Source: an uncultured Alphaproteobacteria bacterium
Lineage (GTDB): Bacteria > Pseudomonadota > Alphaproteobacteria > Rhodobacterales > Rhodobacteraceae
Assembly: GCA_902533625.1 (NCBI GenBank)
Contig: CACAMI010000003.1
Coordinates: 37,431 to 101,430 of the forward strand
Length of the DNA stretch: 64,000 nt
Direction of reading: 5' to 3'
A model generated the notes under the pieces. That model was not told the DNA's origin, made no database searches, and saw only the letters and a program-made list of their open reading frames with translations. A program made the translations under genes and the position numbers. Shown piece by piece: positions 28,083-37,190 of the stretch; position 1 is the stretch's first letter, and every line of letters starts with the position of its first letter.

Positions 28083-28981
28083 TTATTATGTTCCCAAAAA
28101 TAAACTGTTGCTGGTTCTGGTTCCCATACTTTTGCTTTTTCAATGTATGGCAAAGAAGCCAAAGCTCTATATTCAGAGCCAAAAGCAACGTATTGATCTG
28201 TCTCGGCCAGTACTGCTGGTTTACATGCTATGGGATCTCTGAGTACGCCAAATCCTTTTTCAGTACCAACAACAAAAGTATAAAAGCCATCTAAATCTTT
28301 TAGAGCTAAGTCGAGTGCTTGTCCAAGATCGGCGCCTGTGCTCATTTTGTTAGTCAAGTAGGAGGCTGCAACTTCTGTATCATTTTCCGTCTCGAATGAA
28401 ATATTTTTTTTCTGGAGTTCGCGTCTGAGGGTATTATGATTAGATAAAGAACCATTATGAACCAGACATTGATCTTTGCCAGTTGAAAATGGGTGCGCTC
28501 CTAAAGTAGTTACAGCTGATTCAGTAGCCATTCTAGTGTGGCCGATTCCATGAGATCCCCTCATTTTTCTAATATTAAACCGCTCCACAACACTTTCTGG
28601 AGCTCCTACTTCTTTGTAGATTTCAATATTTGATCCTGTACTCATAAGCCTGATTTTTGGAAAGTGTTTCTTTAGATCATTGATGATTAAATTTGAATTC
28701 TTTTCCGAAAGCTCCAAAACCGCATGGGTAGAGTTAATCTTAAGTTGTGTTTTAAGATTTTTCTGCTTGGAGAGATATGAATTCAATTTTGGGAAGCCGT
28801 CTGAGGGTTCTTCTGACTGAAGGGTGACTTTAATTTTATTACCATTACTTTTTTTGTAAACAGCTACTCCCGCGCTATCAGGTCCACGGTCACTCATAAT
28901 AACCAACATATCAGAAAGAAGTTTACCTAAACTATCTTCTACCGACCGTGTTTTAGCAAATAAACCAACTATTCCACACAT
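28079..28981 (-). CDS. Class II (Ntn) glutamine amidotransferase-domain protein (MgsA/GlxB-type)
   Basis: MCGIVGLF N-terminus (the Cys1 nucleophile requires the start at 28981). GGAG SD 7 nt upstream. HTRMATES and HNGSLSNH blocks. 4-nt overlap with the GXGXG gene. Confidence 0.85.
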   Translation of the reverse strand: MCGIVGLFAKTRSVEDSLGKLLSDMLVIMSDRGPDSAGVAVYKKSNGNKIKVTLQSEEPSDGFPKLNSYLSKQKNLKTQLKINSTHAVLELSEKNSNLIINDLKKHFPKIRLMSTGSNIEIYKEVGAPESVVERFNIRKMRGSHGIGHTRMATESAVTTLGAHPFSTGKDQCLVHNGSLSNHNTLRRELQKKNISFETENDTEVAASYLTNKMSTGADLGQALDLALKDLDGFYTFVVGTEKGFGVLRDPIACKPAVLAETDQYVAFGSEYRALASLPYIEKAKVWEPEPATVYFWEHNK

Positions 28982-29029
28982 ATATTTCTCCAAAAAGGGA
29001 TTAGCAAATAAGTATTTATAAGCTTTATA

Positions 29030-29635
29030 TTATATCAGCTCAGGCAGGCCTTTTACGACACCTTCCTGAATAAAATCAGGCTTATAGGGTGGCCTTGTGA
29101 ATACTTCTTTTATCATTGGTTTAAAGAATTTCAAGGATTTACTGTCATAGTTTGGATCGAATGCAGTCTGATCCCATCTCTCACAAAAATCAGAGCATGA
29201 TTGAAAATAAATGTTGTCTTTAAATCTATCTCTAGCATTCTGATCCCATCCATAATGATGAGCATAGTAGATCATTTGAAAGATTCCGTGGTGCTCTATT
29301 ACCCAAGTTACTTCTTCCCTTAAATAGGGTCTAACAACTTCGGCAGAAAACCTATCATGGTTTTGAGGAGCTAGTGCGTCTCCAATATCATGTAAAAGAG
29401 CGCCCACTATCCAGTCTATATCAGCTCCTTCGTTAAATGCGCGGGTGCCTGATTGCAGACCATGTTCAAGTCTAGTAATTCTATACCCTTCCAAGGTATT
29501 GTTGCCTTGGCGCTCGAGCTCTTCAATTATCCTTTCATACGTTAGAGCAACATAGGTTTTCTCTAATTTTTGTAGCAAAAGATAATCATCTTTATCTCCG
29601 TGTTTCATCTCAGTAAACTTAACTAGTTCATCCAT
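29030..29635 (-). CDS. HD-domain protein with a PhnZ/TmpB/MIOX-like (mixed-valent diiron oxygenase-type) ligand pattern
   Basis: Ordered ligand candidates EHGLQ, LLHDIG, NHD, IEHHG, ERWDQTAFD parallel the PhnZ pattern EHSLQ/LLHDLG/QHE/EGH/WDE as I recall it. GGAG SD before the ATG at 29635. 48 nt upstream of the amidotransferase gene on the same strand. Confidence 0.6.
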   Translation of the reverse strand: MDELVKFTEMKHGDKDDYLLLQKLEKTYVALTYERIIEELERQGNNTLEGYRITRLEHGLQSGTRAFNEGADIDWIVGALLHDIGDALAPQNHDRFSAEVVRPYLREEVTWVIEHHGIFQMIYYAHHYGWDQNARDRFKDNIYFQSCSDFCERWDQTAFDPNYDSKSLKFFKPMIKEVFTRPPYKPDFIQEGVVKGLPELI

Positions 29636-29875
29636 ATTATCTCCGATACTTTCATGTTGGTTACTGGACTTAATTATCAAAAAATATGAAACTCATTTTA
29701 CCAAAACTTCATTCAATCACCAAGGTGTTTATTGGCTCAACGATTTTCATTATGTATAAATATTTTCTTTTGTACTTAATTATGGAAGATATATTAGATA
29801 ATGTTAGTGTAAACATAAGGATAAAAGCTCTTGGAAGAAAATAGTTACAAAAATAGTGAAACTGCACCTCCAATA

Positions 29876-31045
29876 ATGCAAGGTGCACCACCCCCAATAG
29901 ATCAAAGGTTACCTCTTATAGATTGGGATAGGCCGCCTTGGAACCGTTGGTCATTTCAAAGGGTCTCAGAGTTTTTACCAACGGCGCTAATTCGGAAGGG
30001 AAAGGTTGTTTCCCCGCTACAATACTCATTAATTGATATTTCAGATATTGAGGTTAAGGGACCTTCTGGTGAAGTTTCTAATATAAATCAGTTTATAGAG
30101 GATACTTATACAGATGGGTTTCTTGTTATGCATAATGGGAAAGTTATTCATGAAAGTTATTATAATGGCATGGATGAAAGAACCCTTCATTTGTGCCAAT
30201 CGGTATCAAAGTCAATATGCACAACAGCTGGAGCTTCATTAATTGAAGAAGGGCTTTTAGACCCAAATGAGTTGGTTACAAATTATTTACCAGAACTTTC
30301 TCAGACGGCTTGGAAAGGTGCCACTCTTCAGCATGTTTTAGATATGACAAGTGGTGTCAAGTTTGTGGAAACATATGAAGACCGTGAATGTGATATAGGA
30401 AAAATGGATTTTGCTTCTGGCTGGAAGCCTGCTCCCGAAGGTGTTGATGTATCAAAATGGCCAAAAAATATTTGGGATCAGATTCTCAGTTTAAGGATAA
30501 AAGAAGCAGAGCATGGTGAGCGTCATGAATACAGATCAATAGAGACAGATATTTTTGCTCATGCAATGGAAAGGGTTACTGGCAAAAGATTGCCAGAAAT
30601 TGTGTCTGAGAGGTTATGGGCCCCGATGGGAGCAGAAGAGGACGCCAACATAACAGTCGATAGTAATGGCTATGGTTTGGCTTGTGGGGGTGTAAGTGCA
30701 AGTTTAAGAGATTTAGCGAGATTTGCGGATGTGATGCTGAATGAAGGGTTGAGTGCTGGCAAGCAGGTAGTTCCTATAAGCTGGGTAAAAGATGTTAGGC
30801 ATGGAAAGCATGGAATGCCGATAAAGCAATATTTTGATCATGGTATTTATAGAAATCAATTCTGGGTAGAGGATAGTGAAATTGGGTCCCATTACTGTTT
30901 AGGGGTTTTTGGACAACTTATTTATGTTAACCCTCAGAGCAACATGGTAGCCGTTAAACTTTCAACGTTTCCTACATTTCGAAATGCATTGTTCACCGAG
31001 TGCACCATGAGAGCTCTTCAAGAAATTGCTAAGCAATTAAATTAG
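29876..31045 (+). CDS. Beta-lactamase-fold serine hydrolase (class C/EstB/6-aminohexanoate-dimer-hydrolase-like amidase or esterase)
   Basis: S-x-x-K nucleophile motif in CQSVSKS. No signal peptide. The start is uncertain (ATG 29876 or TTG 29831). Confidence 0.7.
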   Translation: MQGAPPPIDQRLPLIDWDRPPWNRWSFQRVSEFLPTALIRKGKVVSPLQYSLIDISDIEVKGPSGEVSNINQFIEDTYTDGFLVMHNGKVIHESYYNGMDERTLHLCQSVSKSICTTAGASLIEEGLLDPNELVTNYLPELSQTAWKGATLQHVLDMTSGVKFVETYEDRECDIGKMDFASGWKPAPEGVDVSKWPKNIWDQILSLRIKEAEHGERHEYRSIETDIFAHAMERVTGKRLPEIVSERLWAPMGAEEDANITVDSNGYGLACGGVSASLRDLARFADVMLNEGLSAGKQVVPISWVKDVRHGKHGMPIKQYFDHGIYRNQFWVEDSEIGSHYCLGVFGQLIYVNPQSNMVAVKLSTFPTFRNALFTECTMRALQEIAKQLN

Positions 31046-31072
31046 AAAATGAAACTTAAGTGATATATTCTT

Positions 31073-32206
31073 ATGCTCAGCAGCCAAAGACATCTATTTA
31101 ATATACCTCAGGAAGTTGTATACTTAAATACCGCTTATATGTCTCCCTTCCTAAATTCGGTTGTAGAAGCAATAGACAAAGGGGTCAGGTCAAAAGCTCA
31201 TCCTTGGAAAATAACAATATCTAATTTTTACGAAGATATTGAGAAAGCACGCACTCTATTTTCAGAACTTATAAATTCTAACCCTGAAAATATAGCCATA
31301 ATTCCTTCTGCATCCTATGGAATCCAAATTGCAGCCAATAATGTTAAAATTGAAGCTGGAAAAAAAATATTAATCCTCAAAGATCAATTTCCATCAAATG
31401 TTTACCCGTGGCAAAGAATCTCTCAAGAAACAGGATGTCATATTGTTAGAATAGAACAAGGGAACTTTGAAAGTCTAACAGATGCAATCCTAAATAATTT
31501 AGATGAAACAGTTTCTGTAGCAGCTTTACCAAATGTTCTGTGGACAAACGGCTCATTAATAGACTTGATTCAAATAAGATCACGGTGTGACCAAATCGGA
31601 TGTGCTTTGGTATTGGACCTTACGCAATCAGCAGGAGCAGTTTGGACTGATTTTAAAAATATTAGACCTGACTTTGCAGTTGTTGCAAACTATAAGTGGA
31701 TGCTTGGCCCCTATACAACTGGATTCCTTTATGCTTCACCTGATCGCTGTGAAGGGATGCCATTAGAAGAAGGTTGGATTACTAGAAAAGATAGTAAGAA
31801 TTTTTCTAACTTAGTTAAGTATACTGATAATTATGAGATTGGAGCCATCCGTTACGATATGGGGGAAAGATCAAATTTTGCTTTAATGCCGGGGGTTATC
31901 GCGGCATTAGAACAAATAAAACTATGGGAAATAAAAAATATTGAGCAAAAGCTTTTTTCTCAGAACAGGTTTTTAGGGAAGAAATTAACTGGATTGGGGT
32001 TAGAAATAACTGATGAAAAGCAAAGAGCACCTCACTTTTTAGGGGTTAAAATTCCAAATGATTTCAGAAATGATTTGCTTTCAAAACTTTCCGAAAAAAA
32101 TATACATTTGTCTGAACGAGGAGGAACTATAAGAATAACGCCTCATTTATGGAATACCCAGGAAGATTTCGAAAAATTTATTTATGAGTTGAAGAAATTA
32201 ATTTAA
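31073..32206 (+). CDS. Class V PLP-dependent aminotransferase/desulfurase-fold enzyme
   Basis: Fold-type I class V layout: YLNTAYMSP near the N-terminus, LVLDLTQSAG, and the candidate PLP lysine in ANYKWMLGP. Confidence 0.7.
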   Translation: MLSSQRHLFNIPQEVVYLNTAYMSPFLNSVVEAIDKGVRSKAHPWKITISNFYEDIEKARTLFSELINSNPENIAIIPSASYGIQIAANNVKIEAGKKILILKDQFPSNVYPWQRISQETGCHIVRIEQGNFESLTDAILNNLDETVSVAALPNVLWTNGSLIDLIQIRSRCDQIGCALVLDLTQSAGAVWTDFKNIRPDFAVVANYKWMLGPYTTGFLYASPDRCEGMPLEEGWITRKDSKNFSNLVKYTDNYEIGAIRYDMGERSNFALMPGVIAALEQIKLWEIKNIEQKLFSQNRFLGKKLTGLGLEITDEKQRAPHFLGVKIPNDFRNDLLSKLSEKNIHLSERGGTIRITPHLWNTQEDFEKFIYELKKLI

Positions 32207-33321
32207 GATCGTTTGGATATTCTTTCTAATAGCATTTCCGTCGACCCATCCATTAGAGAAGCCATTTGAACAGCTGGAATATACTGAGAAAATGGATATT
32301 TGTTATGAAATCCTGCAGCACCCATTTTGTGTAGGAGTATCGGAAAATGTTTCTGGCAGACATTCGTTGCAAAAATTTTCGCTTTAGCAGCAGAAAGTTG
32401 AGAGTCCTTTTGTTCTGCTACTTGTTTTTCTGCTTCTTCAACCATTAGCTTAGCTGCTGTTAGATCAACTTCTGCATCAGCTATTGCAAATCTCCAGGAT
32501 TGATGAGTAAAAAGTTTTTTACCAAAAGACATCCTTTTATTTCCATAATCCTTAGTTATCTCTAAAAGATGCTGAAGCATATGGCAACACATGCTTCCCA
32601 CATAAACTCTGGCTAAATTAATTTCGTTTAATATAGCTTTGTAAGCAACGCCTGGCGGGAGGATCATGTCATCGCTTTTGGCTACATAGTTTTTTAAAAC
32701 AAAGCCACCTGTCCCCATTGAATTCTGTGAATAAGAACTGTTAATTTCAAATCTCTTAGCATTTTCATCATTTAAATCGACGGCGAAACCAGCGATACCA
32801 CTCTTATCCCCCGCGCTTTTGGTTTGGACAAAAACTATGGCTAATTTCGCATGGCGCGCGTTTACTATCCATTCTTTTTGCCCATTTATTCTCCAATCAT
32901 TTTTGTGTTTCACTGCAGTAGTTTCTATGGAAAAAAAATCAGAGCCAAATTCTTTTTCTGACATTGCTGTACAAGCACTCTCTCCACCTTCATGAATTTT
33001 TGGGAAAAAATAATCTATTATCTGGGGTGATGCACTTTGAGATAGCCTTAGAGCAGCACTATGAGTGTTCACAATGGACATTGAAAAACCAAAGTCAAAA
33101 GTTGAAAGAATGCCAAAGATTTTCGATCTCGTTTTAAAATCGAATCCAAGTCCACCTTGATTCTTAGGAATTTCAATCCTTGTCAGGCCTAAATCTGCAG
33201 CCTTTTTTCGGAGCGATCTTAGATTTTTTTTGTCTATAGTATACTGGTTGTCATCTAAGATATTTTTTGTCCCAAATTCCCAAACTTTGTCAATTATTAA
33301 GTCTTCATCTAAGTCTGTCAT
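32203..33321 (-). CDS. Acyl-CoA dehydrogenase family protein
   Basis: ACAD layout: TAMSEKEFGSD, INGQKEWIVNA, a C-terminal helical domain. The stop overlaps the convergent aminotransferase stop by 4 nt. Confidence 0.7.
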   Translation of the reverse strand: MTDLDEDLIIDKVWEFGTKNILDDNQYTIDKKNLRSLRKKAADLGLTRIEIPKNQGGLGFDFKTRSKIFGILSTFDFGFSMSIVNTHSAALRLSQSASPQIIDYFFPKIHEGGESACTAMSEKEFGSDFFSIETTAVKHKNDWRINGQKEWIVNARHAKLAIVFVQTKSAGDKSGIAGFAVDLNDENAKRFEINSSYSQNSMGTGGFVLKNYVAKSDDMILPPGVAYKAILNEINLARVYVGSMCCHMLQHLLEITKDYGNKRMSFGKKLFTHQSWRFAIADAEVDLTAAKLMVEEAEKQVAEQKDSQLSAAKAKIFATNVCQKHFPILLHKMGAAGFHNKYPFSQYIPAVQMASLMDGSTEMLLERISKRS

Positions 33322-33421
33322 GTCTTACCAAGAATTAAATTTATATTTGTAGAGAATAAATCTTAATATTATCTAAGGCCAAAAATAAATAAACACTAAC
33401 CGCAATTTAATTATTCTAAAA

Positions 33422-34510
33422 TTAAGGCATCTCTGGGTAAAAGTGTTTTTTCCAATTCTCGACCCTGGGATTCATTACTTTTCGCCACAACATTGGAATT
33501 AAGCACATAGCAATCATCAGTGGATAACCATAGGGTAGTTGAGGTGCTTCATCATTATCATATTTTTGAAGCAGCGGGTATTCTCGGTCTGGTTTAGCGT
33601 GGTGATCCGAATGTAACTGTAGATTAATTAGCAAAAGGTTACTTGCAGTGTGGTTCGCATTCCAGCTATGATAGGGTTTTGTAGGCTCGTACTTTCCATT
33701 ATCAAGTAACTTTCTAGTAAGGCCATAATGTTCTATGTAGTTTGCCATTTCTAAATGTAATACAGCGATAAAAGCCTGAACCAAGAACATAAAGACCCCA
33801 AAAAATCCACCTATAATGTAAGAGAATAATAAGAATAAAAGAGCAAGGCCCCCGTATCTCCAAAAAGGGTTTTTAATGTCTAAGATAGATTTACCAATTT
33901 TTTTTAACCGATTTGCCTCTTCGCGCCAGGCTGATTTAAAGCAAGATGGTAAAACTCTTAGAAAAAAAGAAAAGAAACTTTCATTGTATCTTGCGGTCAC
34001 TGCATCTTTAGAAGTACCGACATATCTATGATGGACTAAAAGATGTTCAGTTCTAAAATGTCCGTAAAGTGACATGGCCATTAAAATATCGGCCAACCAC
34101 TTGTCTTTTGACGATTTTTGATGCATGAGCTCGTGGGCAAAGGTAATTCCTACAGCCCCTGTTACCATTCCTTGGGCCATTAGAAGAAAGATCGATTCCC
34201 AAGTCGACAGGTGCTCAAAAGTAGACACTGCAAATATACACCAAAAAATTAAGGAAAACTGAATCATAGGCCAGGTCCACAATATTAGCTTATAATAAAA
34301 TAAGTTTGCCTTTAATTTTGGATTAGGGTTTCTAGTGGATGTCTTAAGTAAAAAATCGAAAAGAGTTATAAGAATATATCCAAAAATCGGTGCTATTAAT
34401 ATAGAGTATCCACCAAAAACCGATGAAAGCACAATTATTGGTGCAAAAATAAAAGGTAGCGCAAAAGACACTGCCGGAGATAATTCATCTTTTTCTATTT
34501 CTGAACTCAT
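33422..34510 (-). CDS. alkB: Integral-membrane diiron alkane 1-monooxygenase (AlkB)/fatty-acid-desaturase family hydroxylase
   Basis: All AlkB histidine boxes are present: HELMHQ, EHLLVHH, NYIEHYG, LQLHSDHHA. Multiple TM helices. ATG at 34510 inside a TTG-extended track ORF. Confidence 0.8.
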   Translation of the reverse strand: MSSEIEKDELSPAVSFALPFIFAPIIVLSSVFGGYSILIAPIFGYILITLFDFLLKTSTRNPNPKLKANLFYYKLILWTWPMIQFSLIFWCIFAVSTFEHLSTWESIFLLMAQGMVTGAVGITFAHELMHQKSSKDKWLADILMAMSLYGHFRTEHLLVHHRYVGTSKDAVTARYNESFFSFFLRVLPSCFKSAWREEANRLKKIGKSILDIKNPFWRYGGLALLFLLFSYIIGGFFGVFMFLVQAFIAVLHLEMANYIEHYGLTRKLLDNGKYEPTKPYHSWNANHTASNLLLINLQLHSDHHAKPDREYPLLQKYDNDEAPQLPYGYPLMIAMCLIPMLWRKVMNPRVENWKKHFYPEMP

Positions 34511-34837
34511 TGTTACATTCTTTATCAATTATTTTTATATTGATTTAACACCTGAGCTGTTAAATTTAAAGTTTAAATTGAGTCAAATTCTAAAACAGAA
34601 AAGGGTAAATAAATATTTGGGCAGTAAAATCTAATAAAGCAGATAGTAGGTTTCTGACTATGAGTCATTTCTTAGATGACTTTATGATGCTTATATCTGC
34701 CAAATCAGCCTAGTCATCAAAGGGTAGATGTAGCCTGATTTAAAATAAAATAATAAAAGGTGAAAGTTAATGTCATTTTGGTAATTCAAAAGACAATCAT
34801 TTTCCTGGAATTAAAATTTAAGAGGGTTTAGTTAATA

Positions 34838-35590
34838 ATGAAAGGTCTGGCAAGTTTTCCGATGTATGAACGAAAGGAGCTCGAAGTATCGCACCATGAG
34901 CTATGGTCTCTAATTCGCCTTGGAATGGAATCTAGGAATTTAAAGGCCCCTCATAATTTAGTTACTGGAGATGATGGAATATCCATTTGGACTAAAGAAG
35001 ATCTAGTTCTCAGCCAGACTTGCGGCCTTCCTTTCAGGACTTTTCTAAAGGGAAAAGTGACTTATATAGGAACGCCCATTTATGATCTTAAGAACTGTCC
35101 TCTTGGATATTATAGATCGATTTTTATTGTTAATCGAAATAACAAATCAATAGAGCTAAAGGATTTTAGTGATAAAAAGTTTGCTTTTAATGGATACGAT
35201 AGTCAATCTGGATATGCTGCACCATACAATCATTTTTTAAGCCTAAATACTTGGTTTAGTGAGTTGATACTATCAGGCTCACATCGCAATTCAGCTTTAA
35301 TGGTAGCAAATGGAAAAGCAGATATAGCGTGTATTGACGAAATCTCCTGGGAGTTAATTAAACGTTTTGATAAATTTTCGTCGTCACTAGTTGGAATAAA
35401 AAAGACATATCCAACCCCTGCTTTACCTTTTATAACTGTAAAATATGGAAAAGAAGTCCCTTATTTGTTTGATATCTTGGAAGCGGCAATAAAGAATCTT
35501 TCATCAAAAAGTAGTGAAATTCTTCTCTTAAAAGGATTAAAAAGAATAGAATTAGAAAAATATTATGAAGTTCCTAATCCTAAGCTCTGA
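34838..35590 (+). CDS. PhnD/phosphonate-binding-like type II PBP-fold protein without a signal peptide
   Basis: PBP-like blocks FAFNGYDSQSGYAAP and GKADIACIDEISWEL resemble the Phosphonate-bd family from memory. The N-terminus MKGLASFPMYERKELE is not hydrophobic. Confidence 0.4.
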   Translation: MKGLASFPMYERKELEVSHHELWSLIRLGMESRNLKAPHNLVTGDDGISIWTKEDLVLSQTCGLPFRTFLKGKVTYIGTPIYDLKNCPLGYYRSIFIVNRNNKSIELKDFSDKKFAFNGYDSQSGYAAPYNHFLSLNTWFSELILSGSHRNSALMVANGKADIACIDEISWELIKRFDKFSSSLVGIKKTYPTPALPFITVKYGKEVPYLFDILEAAIKNLSSKSSEILLLKGLKRIELEKYYEVPNPKL

Positions 35591-35620
35591 TATATTAATT
35601 AAAATCCTTAAACTAAGGAG

Positions 35621-36898
35621 TTAAAAAACTTTAGGATATCTAATTATAAAGGCCCTAAAGTCATTAACATTAGTCAGTGTTGGGCCAGTAATCACTTGAT
35701 CTCCGATGAGCTTAAAAAATGAGTGACTATCGGAATTCCGTAAAAATGTCTTCGGATTCAGATTTTTCCTTTTTGCTTTTTTTATTGTATTCGGTGTAAC
35801 GATTGCTCCAGCAGCATTCCCCAGGCCATCAATGCCGTCAGTATCGCCCGCTAGAAGTGAGATACCAGACTGCCCTTTTAAAGTAATTGCCGCCGACAAG
35901 GCAAGCTCAGCATTTGGCCCTCCTTCACCCAAACCAGAAACATTTACCGTGCATTCGCCGCCCGAAAGTAAAATTATTGGTTTATCATCTGGTCTCATAT
36001 TGTATTGAATATCCTTTGCCATTTCAGCCAATGTAACACCTAGTGATTTTGCTTCGTCTTGAAGAGAATCTCCTAAGTATTTTACAGTAAATCCGAGTGA
36101 CTCCGCCTTAACCTGAGAAGCTTTAAGAGATTTATTAGCAGTTCCTATAACTATATTCTGAGTTCTGGATAGATACCGGTCATTTGGAGTTAGTACTTGA
36201 GAGTTTTTTTCTAATAACCTGAGAGTTTCCTTTGACACATCTAACCGATACTTATTTATTATTTTAATTGCATCTGAGCCAGTTGTTATTTCGCCCGAAG
36301 TTATTCCCGATGCTATGTCAGAGGGATTATCTCCAGAAACATCTGAAATTATTAGGCCTAAGACTGTTGCCGGGAAAGCAATCTTTGATAATTGACCTCC
36401 CTTAATTTCAGAGAGGTGTTTTCTCACAATATTTATTTCTTTAATTGAAGCGGAGGACATAAATAGGTGTGAGAAGATTTTCTGCTTTTCTATAAAGGAA
36501 ACCCCCTTTCTCGGTTTGCATAAGAGTGCAGAACCTCCACCCGAGATAAGGCAAAGAACGAAATCATTTTCTTTAAGAGAGCTTAAAAGGGTAATTATTT
36601 CATCGGTTGCATTTAGGCCATTTTTATCAGTAAATGGGTGAGCTGCTTCTAAGACTTTTATCCCTCGACATTCTAAGCCATGACCATAACGCGTCACCAC
36701 AACTCCTTCACATTTCCCCCAAATATTTTCTACTTCTTTTGCCATGGAAGCAGCTGCTTTTCCAACCCCAATAATGATGGTTCGAGAGGTTGGTTTTTCT
36801 GGTAAGAACCTACCTAAAATTTTGTTAGGAGTTGCTGAATGAATAGCAGTCCTAAACAAGTCCTTCAAAATTTTTTCGTCGATATTTCCAGAGAGCAT
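35621..36898 (-). CDS. Glycerate 2-kinase / hydroxypyruvate reductase TtuD-type (DUF4147 + MOFRL)
   Basis: IIGVGKAAASMA N-terminal domain, LISGGGSAL, a C-terminal MOFRL-like LLSGGECTV...GEGGPNAE...LLAGDTDGIDG...TGPTLTNVNDF. SD AGGAAA before the ATG at 36898. Confidence 0.75.
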   Translation of the reverse strand: MLSGNIDEKILKDLFRTAIHSATPNKILGRFLPEKPTSRTIIIGVGKAAASMAKEVENIWGKCEGVVVTRYGHGLECRGIKVLEAAHPFTDKNGLNATDEIITLLSSLKENDFVLCLISGGGSALLCKPRKGVSFIEKQKIFSHLFMSSASIKEINIVRKHLSEIKGGQLSKIAFPATVLGLIISDVSGDNPSDIASGITSGEITTGSDAIKIINKYRLDVSKETLRLLEKNSQVLTPNDRYLSRTQNIVIGTANKSLKASQVKAESLGFTVKYLGDSLQDEAKSLGVTLAEMAKDIQYNMRPDDKPIILLSGGECTVNVSGLGEGGPNAELALSAAITLKGQSGISLLAGDTDGIDGLGNAAGAIVTPNTIKKAKRKNLNPKTFLRNSDSHSFFKLIGDQVITGPTLTNVNDFRAFIIRYPKVF

Positions 36899-37043
36899 TA
36901 GTTTCCTTAGTCTCAGATTATTTTTCAAATGTAACTTATAGTTCTATCCATAAAACTGACAAAGGAATAATAGTTTTATTTTGGTCCATAAGAGAATTTA
37001 TTCCTTGAAATGCAAAATTTAGTGTAATACCTTCTAGCAAAGT

Positions 37044-37190
37044 ATCGGGAGAAACTGATTTCTCAGTGCCGAAGGAGCAACCACCCCGGAAACTCTCAGG
37101 AAAAAAGGACCGTTACTTTTTTTTACTCTGGAGAGAGGCCAGATATGGTCCGCCGAAGGGATAATGATCTCAGGCAAATGAACAGAGGGG
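37044..37190 (+). ncRNA. Tandem (two-aptamer) glycine riboswitch upstream of gcvT
   Basis: Aptamer 1: CGGGAGA...GCCGAAGGAGCAA...CTCTCAGGAAAAAAGGACCG. Aptamer 2: CTCTGGAGAG...GCCGAAGGGATAA...CTCAGGCAAATGAACAGAG with P1 CTCTG/CAGAG. Both carry the conserved GGAGA/ACCGAAGG.GCAA/CUCAGGCAAAAGGAC-type cores. It lies directly 5' of the glycine cleavage operon. Confidence 0.85.

Noticed and set aside
28982-28993. N-terminally extended starts given by the ORF track (TTG at 28993; likewise 29680, 34528, 36928, 62588, 63333, 25274, 7008, 11898, 12824, 13782, 41703)
   Set aside because: Internal ATG starts have better SD spacing, remove overlaps with upstream genes, or are required by biochemistry (the Ntn amidotransferase needs Met-Cys). 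Coordinates in the feature list use the shorter forms.
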